DNA from: an uncultured Collinsella sp. | Lineage (GTDB): Bacteria > Actinomycetota > Coriobacteriia > Coriobacteriales > Coriobacteriaceae | Direction of reading: 5' to 3' | Assembly (NCBI GenBank): GCA_905198825.1 | Contig: CAJKEF010000001.1 | Location: 1 to 42,307 of the forward strand | Length of the DNA: 42,307 nt | Shown here: piece by piece, positions 1-8,414 of the stretch | How the letters are laid out: each line of letters starts with the position of its first letter | How positions within the stretch are numbered: position 1 is the stretch's first letter | Made by a program: the position numbers and the translations under genes | Notes under the pieces: generated by a model | The model's database searches: none | What the model was told of the DNA's origin: nothing | The model's input: only the letters and a program-made list of their open reading frames with translations

Positions 1-93
1 GGCATAAGGTTTATCGCGAGTTCCGCACGAGCCGAAGGCCACTTAATGTGGCCTTCGTGCGAGCAGGACTGCCCGAGCAGGAAACCTTATGCC
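1..93. repeat. Palindromic intergenic (REP-like) repeat, probably truncated by the window edge
   Basis: Outer inverted repeat GGCATAAGGTTT (1-12)/AAACCTTATGCC (82-93); inner hairpin GAAGGCCAC-TTAAT-GTGGCCTTC (34-56) is the exact reverse complement of 20739-20761. Confidence 0.8.
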
Positions 94-136
94 CCGCCCC
101 TCCGGAGCCACACGGGAGGCATCGCTAAGTTATCCT

Positions 137-163
137 CCGGCATTCAGAAAATCTAAGTGCCAA
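137..163 (+). promoter_or_regulatory. Degenerate CIRCE (HrcA operator)
   Basis: CCGGCATTC-N9-AAGTGCCAA versus consensus TTAGCACTC-N9-GAGTGCTAA; exact 9-nt spacer, upstream of groES. Confidence 0.6.
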
Positions 164-288
164 AAAATAAGATTTTTTGACTCTGTGTTGTATAACCCGC
201 CATTCGTGGGTACCATTCAACGCGTACGCAAACAAAAAGGGTTAATTCGCGTGGTATAACCGCGCGGCCCAAAAAGGAGGAGACAAGC

Positions 289-582
289 ATGTCGTCTTTG
301 AAGCCGCTTGCAGATCGTGTTCTGGTCAAGCCCGACGAGGCCGAGCAGAAGACCGCTTCTGGTCTGTACATCGCCAGCAACGCTCAGGAGAAGCCGCAGC
401 GCGGCACCATCGTTGCCGTGGGCGCCGGCAAGGTCAACGACAAGGGTGAGCGCATCCCCATGGACGTCAAGGTTGGCGACGTTGTCATCTACGGTAAGTT
501 CGGTGGCAACGAGGTCAAGGTCGACGGCGAGAAGTATCTGCTGATGCGCGCCGACGACATCTACGCCGTCGTCGAGGCCTAG
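289..582 (+). CDS. groES: Co-chaperonin GroES
   Basis: LKPLADRVLV...TASGLYI...AVGAG motifs; RBS AGGAGG upstream. Confidence 0.99.
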   Translation: MSSLKPLADRVLVKPDEAEQKTASGLYIASNAQEKPQRGTIVAVGAGKVNDKGERIPMDVKVGDVVIYGKFGGNEVKVDGEKYLLMRADDIYAVVEA

Positions 583-600
583 TCTCGTCAGAATCTCTGA

Positions 601-2316
<1,716 letters not shown>

Positions 2317-2361
2317 GGCCGACAAGGTCTAGAACTCCCACCGGGAATCCGGGGGCGTGAC

Positions 2362-2443
2362 GGGGGTTTCTCTCCGGAACGTCCTCGGACATGCAAAGAG
2401 GCTCCGCATCGCGCTTCGCGCTGCGGAGCCTCTTTGCGTCCTG
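2362..2443. repeat. Left part of a palindromic repeat interrupted by IS110 (right part about 4022-4055)
   Basis: GCAAAGAGGCTCCGCA/TGCGGAGCCTCTTTGC stem around TCGCGCTTCGCGC; removing the IS restores ...GTCCTGCGGAGTGTTC, which imperfectly pairs with GAACGTCCTCGGAC; homologous to 4238-4362. Confidence 0.8.
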
Positions 2444-2449
2444 ACGCTC

Positions 2450-3739
2450 CTATTTGGCAAGGTGTTTTTTAGAATCCATTTTGCGCTCGGCCTCGAAGGC
2501 TTGCCTGTCCCAATCGAGCGGAAGTCCGGCCTCGACCCATGCCTCGTAGGCCCTCCTTATGGGCTTGAGCTCCCTTTGGCCCCTCTCCAGCATCGAGATG
2601 TACTTCTCGCTGGTTCCCAATATGGACGCCGCCCTCACCTGGCTGACCCTCGCCGCGCGCCTGGCCGCCACGAGCCCCGAGGCGTCCTCGGGCCTCCTGA
2701 CCTCGTGCGGGCGCATCAGCGCCCGGTACGCCTCCCTGGCCACGTAGCGCTTGAGGCACCTCATGACCTCCCTGTCGCTCTTCCCCCGCGCCCTGGCCCT
2801 CTCGGCGTACTCGGCGGTCTCGGGGTCGCGCATGACCCTCTGCCTCGCGATCTCGTGCAGAGCGCTGTTCGCCTGCCGGTCGCCGCCCCTGTTGAGCCTG
2901 TGCCTCACGGTCTTGCCGCTCGAGGCGGGGATTGGGCAGGCCCCGCATATCGCCGCGAACGACGCCTCGGAGCGCAGCCTGCCCGGGTTGTCCCCGGCCG
3001 CGACCGCGAGCTTGGCCGCGCTCACGGGCCCGCACCCGTACATCGCCAGCAGCGCGGGGCAGTTCTCCTCCAGGGACGCCTCGATCGCGCGCTCCATGTC
3101 GAGCGCCGCGTCGCGCGCCGCCGCCCACAGGTCCGCCAGCGCGCCGAGCGCGGCGCCCAGCGCGCCCTCGGCGCGCACGGAGGGGAGCTCCTCCATCAGC
3201 CTCGGCCCCGCCATCCCGCGGAACCTCGACCTGAGCCCCTCCGGGGCGGTGGTGAGCAGCGACCTCGCGGTGTTGATCGCCGAGGTCCGCGCCTTCACCG
3301 CCCCGGAGCGCGCCGCGAGCATGCAGCGCACCCCGTCGACCCACCCGTCCTGGCTCTTGGGGGTCCCGAGCTTCGAGCCGGACATCGCCGCGCGGGCGGC
3401 CCTCTCCGCGTCCGACTCGTCGCACTTCCCCTGCCCCGGGCGCCTCCTCTGCGTCCTCGCCGGGGAGAGCGCCTCGCGCACGGGCATCCCCAGCGACGCG
3501 AGGTGCCTGGTGAGGCCCGCCCCGTAGGACGACGTCCCCTCCATCGCGACGCAGGCCGGCTCCCCGGCCGCCGCGATCGCCCCGGCGAGCGCCTCGTAGC
3601 CCGCCGCGTCGGCGGGGAACCGGCGGGACAGGACCTTGCGGCCCCTCCAGTCCAGGACGCACAGCCAGTGCGAGTCGGCGTGGGTGTCGACCCCGCAGAA
3701 GACCGGCCCGCGGGCGCCGGGTGTCGATTCGTTTTGCAT
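2450..3739 (-). CDS. IS110 recombinase/transposase (RuvC-like DEDD + Tnp domain) with C-terminal XRE-like HTH, 429 aa
   Basis: GVDTH, AMEGT, KCDESDA (DEDD); PIPASSGKTVRHRLNRGGDRQANSAL (Tnp domain with conserved Ser); C-terminal LVAARRAARVSQVRAASILGTSEKYISMLERG; start set at ATG 3739 because the longer ORF runs into the non-coding end. Confidence 0.95.
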   Translation of the reverse strand: MQNESTPGARGPVFCGVDTHADSHWLCVLDWRGRKVLSRRFPADAAGYEALAGAIAAAGEPACVAMEGTSSYGAGLTRHLASLGMPVREALSPARTQRRRPGQGKCDESDAERAARAAMSGSKLGTPKSQDGWVDGVRCMLAARSGAVKARTSAINTARSLLTTAPEGLRSRFRGMAGPRLMEELPSVRAEGALGAALGALADLWAAARDAALDMERAIEASLEENCPALLAMYGCGPVSAAKLAVAAGDNPGRLRSEASFAAICGACPIPASSGKTVRHRLNRGGDRQANSALHEIARQRVMRDPETAEYAERARARGKSDREVMRCLKRYVAREAYRALMRPHEVRRPEDASGLVAARRAARVSQVRAASILGTSEKYISMLERGQRELKPIRRAYEAWVEAGLPLDWDRQAFEAERKMDSKKHLAK

Positions 3740-3759
3740 GTCTCGCTCCGTTCTTTCCG

Positions 3760-4003
3760 TGCTCGCCTGGACCGGGCAGACGGCACACTGACGGGGCGCG
3801 ATAGAATGCGGTTGTTCGGGTCCGCGGTATCGCTCCATGCTCCTATTAGGTCATGCGGCGGTCTCGGCTCGCCGCGGCCCGCGCGGGACATGTCAGGAAA
3901 CGAGGGCAGCCCTGTGGGCGCCAGCGGAATGTGGGGTCACCGCGCGGTCCGCATCTGATGGTGTCGACGTCAATGGTATACGGGTGCACCATCGACGTCT
4001 TCA
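3760..4003 (-). ncRNA. Predicted bridge RNA in the IS110 left end (boundaries approximate)
   Basis: 5' stem-loop (3966-3999), then two internal-loop domains whose loop segments match the insertion site and the IS end-to-end junction. Confidence 0.8.
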
Positions 4004-4237
4004 ATACAGAAGATATCAGTGCGGAGTGTTCTGAAAAGTAACACCAGGGCGGGCCCTACGTTAACTCGGCAGGGGGAGTGCGATTCCCTGATCGCTCGCT
4101 TAATCTGATAGGGAATTGTGTGAGGCCGGAGCCTTGGCTCCGGCCTCCCCATATAGGGGCTCGGCAAAGCCGAGCCACCAAATTTATATCAGCTCTCAGA
4201 ACATGTTTGAGAACGGTGCCTGGAGTACGTGGACGTA

Positions 4238-4362
4238 GGGCCGGAACGGGGTCAGCTTCCCAACGCATTCCGCAGGGGGCGGTACATTTTGTAGCGCGAA
4301 GCGCGAATCAAAATGTACCGCATGCCCGAGGACGCGTTGGGAAGCTGACCCCGCTCCGGCCC
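4238..4362. repeat. Palindromic intergenic repeat, intact copy of the family hit by IS110 (opposite orientation)
   Basis: Outer arms GGGCCGGAACGGGGTCAGCTTCCCAACGC/GCGTTGGGAAGCTGACCCCGCTCCGGCCC; inner GCGGTACATTTTG/CAAAATGTACCGC; apex AGCGCGAAGCGCGA. Confidence 0.85.
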
Positions 4363-4400
4363 GAACATAAGCGTCTACCAGTGCATTTACAAATTCGTAA

Positions 4401-4449
4401 ACTTTTTTCAAAAAAGTGCTTGCGCAGTTCTCGAAACATAGGTTATTAT
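4401..4449 (+). promoter_or_regulatory. Probable sigma-70 promoter for tRNA-Leu with upstream A/T palindrome
   Basis: ACTTTTTTCAAAAAAGT, then TTGCGC-N18-TATTAT. Confidence 0.55.
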
Positions 4450-4506
4450 CTTCCTCGTTGAACGCGCGGGTTCAACAAAACGAACCGCGAATCAACAACA
4501 TAGCAT

Positions 4507-4596
4507 GTCGGAGTGGCGGAATTGGCAGACGCGCTAGCTTGAGGTGCTAGTGACCGCTTTTTGGTCATGCGGGTTCAAGTCCCGCCTCCGACACCA
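4507..4596 (+). tRNA. tRNA-Leu(GAG)
   Basis: Acceptor stem GTCGGAG/CTCCGAC, anticodon loop TTGAGGT, long variable arm, GTTCAAG T-loop, encoded CCA. Confidence 0.97.
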
Positions 4597-4607
4597 TCGC
4601 ATTTGAG

Positions 4608-4630
4608 AAGCCTCTTCGGAGGCTTTTTTG
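4608..4630 (+). terminator. Rho-independent terminator after tRNA-Leu
   Basis: AAGCCTC-TTCG-GAGGCTT followed by T-run. Confidence 0.85.
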
Positions 4631-4655
4631 TTACCGATAGACGGTGAGGTTCACG

Positions 4656-7001
4656 ATGGAAACGCTTGAGCGCAACGAGTGGGCGGACGTTGCCCAACTG
4701 GTCGAGATCACGAGCGATGCTGTCATCATTTGTGAGCTCGACGGAACCATTCTGCATGTGAATAACCGCTTGCTCGACTTGATGTGCGAGGAGCGTTCCG
4801 ATGTGATCAACGGGGACGTTAAAGACCTCTTGTACTCATCAGCATTTGAACGCGCGTCAGAGCATCGTCTTCCTTTTGAGACCAATGGAACCGAGAGCGA
4901 GTTGATGCTCAAGCTGAGTGACGGCTCCTTTATTCCCGTCTTGGTTTGTGCCGGCTCGGTTACACCGCCTCGTATTTTTGGGCGCCGCGCGCCGCGTGTT
5001 CTGGTGGCGCTTCATAGCATCGAAGAGCAGTACTCGCACGACCGCCAGCTCAAGCGTGCGCTTTCGGAGCTTAGAGTGGCGAATAAGCGCCTTTCGGGCA
5101 CTTTGTCGGTCATTATGAGCACGGTGGGCTCCGATGAGCTGCCTAGTTTGTTAGATACCGTTTTGAACCAGCTTGTAGGAACGCTCGATGCTTCGGGTGC
5201 CGCTATTTATTTTTCTGAGAGCGGCGGTTTTAAGCTTCGCGGTGTTTCCAAGGAGCTGCACGACAGCTACCTGCCCGAGTTTTTGCCGTATGGCGCTGGC
5301 ATTCCGACGTATGTGCTTCGCGAGTCGCGTGCCTGTCGTTTGTCGATTCAACAGGACCTTGAGGGTGATAGGGCTGCCTCCGGTATGTTCATGGACCTGG
5401 ACAATCGTTCTAAGCACCTGTTGCGCGTGCAGGATATGCCTCCGTACCGCAGCGAGATCTGTCTTCCCGTTTTTTACGGTACGCAGATCCTTGGCGTGCT
5501 GGAAGTTGGTTGGAAACGCCCCCAGGCACCGCTCGCCTATGACGTTAATGTACTCGAGGTCATTTGCGATTACCTGTCTATCCAGCTGGTCGGCATGGCA
5601 TCGAGCCTTCGCTCTCGTCGCACGGCCGAGCTCGGCCGCTCGCTCAATGTCTTACGTGATGAGTTGTTTACCTTTCTAGACGATTCCGCTGCGGCTACCC
5701 AGGCGGTATCGTCCGAGATTTGCAATATGCTCAACTGTCATTTTTGCCCTGTTGAGTATGACGCCAGTCTGGACGCCTACGTCATAGATTTTGAAGGCGG
5801 CAGTCGCGTTGCTTTGCCGGACGATCCCGAGAAACTTTTCTTTTCCACGACGGCGCCAGCGGCACGTTTGGGGGTTGGCTCTGATGGCTTTGAGGCGTCT
5901 GTTTTGGGCGGCACGAGTGCCGAGGATCTTAAACACGTCCGTATAACTCGCGTTGACGAATCGATGCCTATGGGAGGCTGGCTTAGGGCGCATGGTCTGC
6001 CTTGCCAGGGTCTCTACGTCGACACCGGCATCGAGGCGGGGCGCCCGCGCTCTGAGGGTGATGGCAAGCACAGCAACGACGCGATCGTTCCTGCTTCTGT
6101 TGCGAAAGGCCCGACGACGCGCGCGCTGCTGCTTCGTGACGGTAGTCAAGAGCCGATTGATGACCTTGAATATGACTACTTGGTGCACTTGGCGCATGAC
6201 TTTGAACTGATCTACGAGGGCGAATCTCAAAAGCGCGAGGAGCGCCATATCGCTCAGACCCTCCAGATTGGCATGAGAAATTCGCTTGGTGACGTTCCGG
6301 GTATCGCGACCGATTCGGTATACCTTTCGGCAACGAATTCGGCGTTGGTCGGCGGCGACTTTTATACGCTCGTCCGTCTTCCCGACGATTGCGCCGTTAT
6401 GATTTTGGGCGATGTATCCGGCAAAGGAATCGAGGCGGCGTCGATGTCAGCGCTCGTCAAGACGGCGCTGACGGCCTATGCCTGGGAGGGTGCGGGGCCC
6501 GCCCGTATGGCCCGCTCGCTCAATAGCATGCTCATGGGCTTTTCGAGAGTCGAGACGTTCGTGACGGCGTTTATCGCCAAGATTGATCTTAAAGCGGGTC
6601 GCGCTACCTATTGCTCTGCGGGACATCCTCCCACTATGGTCATTAGACCGTCGTCGACGCCGCTTGGCGGTGGAGAAACCCGAGGGGGAGAAGTGGAGCT
6701 CCTTGGGTGCCAATCGGGCGTGATCGGTGCCTTTGAGAGCATGGTGTACGAGACAGGCGTGTTTACGTTCGCTCCTGGTGACATGCTATTCATGTATACC
6801 GACGGAACAATCGAAGCACGTGATCGCTCGGGTGCTTTCTTTGGCGAGCAGCGCCTTCGTGACCTTCTGCTCTCTGTCTCGGGTGAGGGCGTATCGGGAA
6901 TCTGCGGTAAGGTCTTGGGAGAGCTTGACCGCTTTACCGAGTCGGCGCTGGACGATGACATCGCGCTGGTTTCCCTTGAGTTTTTACGGGGTCGATCGTA
7001 G
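4656..7001 (+). CDS. PAS/GAF-containing SpoIIE (PP2C, RsbU-like) phosphatase
   Basis: N-terminal PAS-like DAVIICELDGTILHVN; GAF-like middle; VGGDFY, GDVSGKG, SAGHPP, YTDG, DDDI motifs; start ATG 4656 or GTG 4644. Confidence 0.9.
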   Translation: METLERNEWADVAQLVEITSDAVIICELDGTILHVNNRLLDLMCEERSDVINGDVKDLLYSSAFERASEHRLPFETNGTESELMLKLSDGSFIPVLVCAGSVTPPRIFGRRAPRVLVALHSIEEQYSHDRQLKRALSELRVANKRLSGTLSVIMSTVGSDELPSLLDTVLNQLVGTLDASGAAIYFSESGGFKLRGVSKELHDSYLPEFLPYGAGIPTYVLRESRACRLSIQQDLEGDRAASGMFMDLDNRSKHLLRVQDMPPYRSEICLPVFYGTQILGVLEVGWKRPQAPLAYDVNVLEVICDYLSIQLVGMASSLRSRRTAELGRSLNVLRDELFTFLDDSAAATQAVSSEICNMLNCHFCPVEYDASLDAYVIDFEGGSRVALPDDPEKLFFSTTAPAARLGVGSDGFEASVLGGTSAEDLKHVRITRVDESMPMGGWLRAHGLPCQGLYVDTGIEAGRPRSEGDGKHSNDAIVPASVAKGPTTRALLLRDGSQEPIDDLEYDYLVHLAHDFELIYEGESQKREERHIAQTLQIGMRNSLGDVPGIATDSVYLSATNSALVGGDFYTLVRLPDDCAVMILGDVSGKGIEAASMSALVKTALTAYAWEGAGPARMARSLNSMLMGFSRVETFVTAFIAKIDLKAGRATYCSAGHPPTMVIRPSSTPLGGGETRGGEVELLGCQSGVIGAFESMVYETGVFTFAPGDMLFMYTDGTIEARDRSGAFFGEQRLRDLLLSVSGEGVSGICGKVLGELDRFTESALDDDIALVSLEFLRGRS

Positions 7002-7082
7002 ACCGCGATGCTTGACGGGCAAAATCTGCGCGGTTGCAGATACGTATGCATCGAGCGAGCTCTTTTGGGGAACCATGGTCGT

Positions 7083-7829
7083 ATGAATGAGTGGAATGAC
7101 ATAGCGGTTCTGACGCCACCGGGTGATGTCGACATCGCCTCGGTGTCCGTGCTGCGCCGACGGTTGGATAATTTGATCGACCGGGGCGTGCGTCGCGTTG
7201 TCATCAATTGCCAAGCTGTGGGCTTTATCGACTCGACGGGTTTGGCGTTTTTGCTTACACGCGCCAGAGAGCTCATGAGGCGAGAGGGCCTGCTTTCGCT
7301 CGTTAACGCCTCCGATGAGGTCATTCGCTTTTTGGAGATTGCCCGACTTGTCGACATCCTTCATGTTGCGGGTCCGGCGCGTGAGTCGATTCCCGCTATT
7401 CCGGTGGGAGAGTTGCCACGATGGAGCAAGAGCGTCGAGGTCCGACAGGGTATCGAGAATCTTCCATACTATCGACATCGCATCGCCGAACTCCTTGAAT
7501 CGCTTCCGTTGCGCCGCGACGAGCGCTACGATGTCGCGTTGGCGTCGGGGGAGGCGCTGGGTAATGCCTATGACCATGCGGGCGGTATCGGGTGCGTCCT
7601 GACGGTTCAGGCCTATGGCGATCGCGTCGTGGTTGAGGTGCTTGATCGGGGTGCCGGCTATTCTATCGATGGAGCGAGCGAACCGGTCGCATCTGAGGAA
7701 CGCGGCCGTGGTATCAAGCTTATGCGTATGCTCGTCGATAACGTGGAGGTTGCTCGTCGCACAGACGGCACCGGCACGCGCGTGCAGATGGTGAAGCTAT
7801 TTAGCGGAGCACTGGAATCGCGTGCCTAG
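7083..7829 (+). CDS. Fused STAS anti-sigma antagonist (RsbV-like) and HATPase anti-sigma kinase (RsbW-like)
   Basis: GDVDI...FIDSTGL STAS motif; EALGNAYDHA, DRGAG, ERGRGIKLM ATP-binding boxes; start could be 7008. Confidence 0.85.
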   Translation: MNEWNDIAVLTPPGDVDIASVSVLRRRLDNLIDRGVRRVVINCQAVGFIDSTGLAFLLTRARELMRREGLLSLVNASDEVIRFLEIARLVDILHVAGPARESIPAIPVGELPRWSKSVEVRQGIENLPYYRHRIAELLESLPLRRDERYDVALASGEALGNAYDHAGGIGCVLTVQAYGDRVVVEVLDRGAGYSIDGASEPVASEERGRGIKLMRMLVDNVEVARRTDGTGTRVQMVKLFSGALESRA

Positions 7830-7874
7830 CCAATCGCTTTAGCGCGTTTAGCCACCAAGAACACGCGGCCGGCA

Positions 7875-7922
7875 ACTTTTTTGAAAAAAGTACTTGCGTC
7901 TTTTGGATAACTCGCGTAAATT
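7875..7922 (+). promoter_or_regulatory. Probable promoter of the tRNA-Gly-Cys-Gly cluster
   Basis: ACTTTTTTGAAAAAAGT, then TTGCGT-N17-TAAATT. Confidence 0.65.
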
Positions 7923-7934
7923 AATAACCCGCAA

Positions 7935-8010
7935 GCGGACATGGCTCAGTTGGTAGAGCACAACCTTGCCAAGGTTGGGGTCGCGGGTTCGAGCCCCGTT
8001 GTCCGCTCCA
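7935..8010 (+). tRNA. tRNA-Gly(GCC)
   Basis: 76-nt cloverleaf, anticodon loop TTGCCAA, encoded CCA. Confidence 0.98.
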
Positions 8011-8044
8011 TTGCATTTCTGGACCGTTTAGGCGGTCCTTTTTC

Positions 8045-8118
8045 GGCGAAGTGGCCAAGTGGTAAGGCAGAGGCCTGCAAAGCCTTTACCCCCGGTTCGA
8101 ATCCGGGCTTCGCCTCCA
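8045..8118 (+). tRNA. tRNA-Cys(GCA)
   Basis: GGCGAAG/CTTCGCC acceptor stem, anticodon loop CTGCAAA, encoded CCA. Confidence 0.97.
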
Positions 8119-8160
8119 GGCAACATCCGGGCGCTCCGGCGCCCGTTTTGTTTTACATAT

Positions 8161-8236
8161 GCGGACATGGCTCAGTTGGTAGAGCACAACCTTGCCAAGG
8201 TTGGGGTCGCGGGTTCGAGCCCCGTTGTCCGCTCCA
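8161..8236 (+). tRNA. tRNA-Gly(GCC)
   Basis: Identical to 7935-8010. Confidence 0.98.
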
Positions 8237-8244
8237 AGCGCAAC

Positions 8245-8276
8245 AGCCCGACTACCACGGTAGCCGGGCTTTTTTA
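8245..8276 (+). terminator. Rho-independent terminator after the tRNA cluster
   Basis: AGCCCGACTAC-CACG-GTAGCCGGGCT followed by T-run. Confidence 0.8.
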
Positions 8277-8414
8277 TGCTCATCGCCCGGGCTCGAACCC
8301 GAGAGGGAGCGAGCGTTTTGGGGCGTGGCTGTGGCGTTGTTTGCCGCGAATGTCCGCTTTGGGCGTATCATCGTGGGCATCTCGCATAACCTCGTTGCAA
8401 GGGAGATACGCCCC

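Larger units (their letters stand above)
2442..4021 (-). mobile_element. IS110-family insertion sequence (about 1.58 kb), core dinucleotide CA in element orientation (TG at 2442-2443 and 4020-4021)
   Basis: Contains a DEDD recombinase; no terminal inverted repeats; 2-bp core on both sides; excision restores a repeat-family motif; circle junction forms a promoter; visibly more GC-rich than the flanks. Confidence 0.92.

Noticed and set aside
3740..3838. N-terminal extension of the IS110 ORF to 3838
   Set aside because: Overlaps the predicted donor-binding loop; family motifs begin shortly after Met at 3739
7941..8414. N-terminal extension of the GH13 ORF
   Set aside because: Runs through three tRNA genes and a terminator
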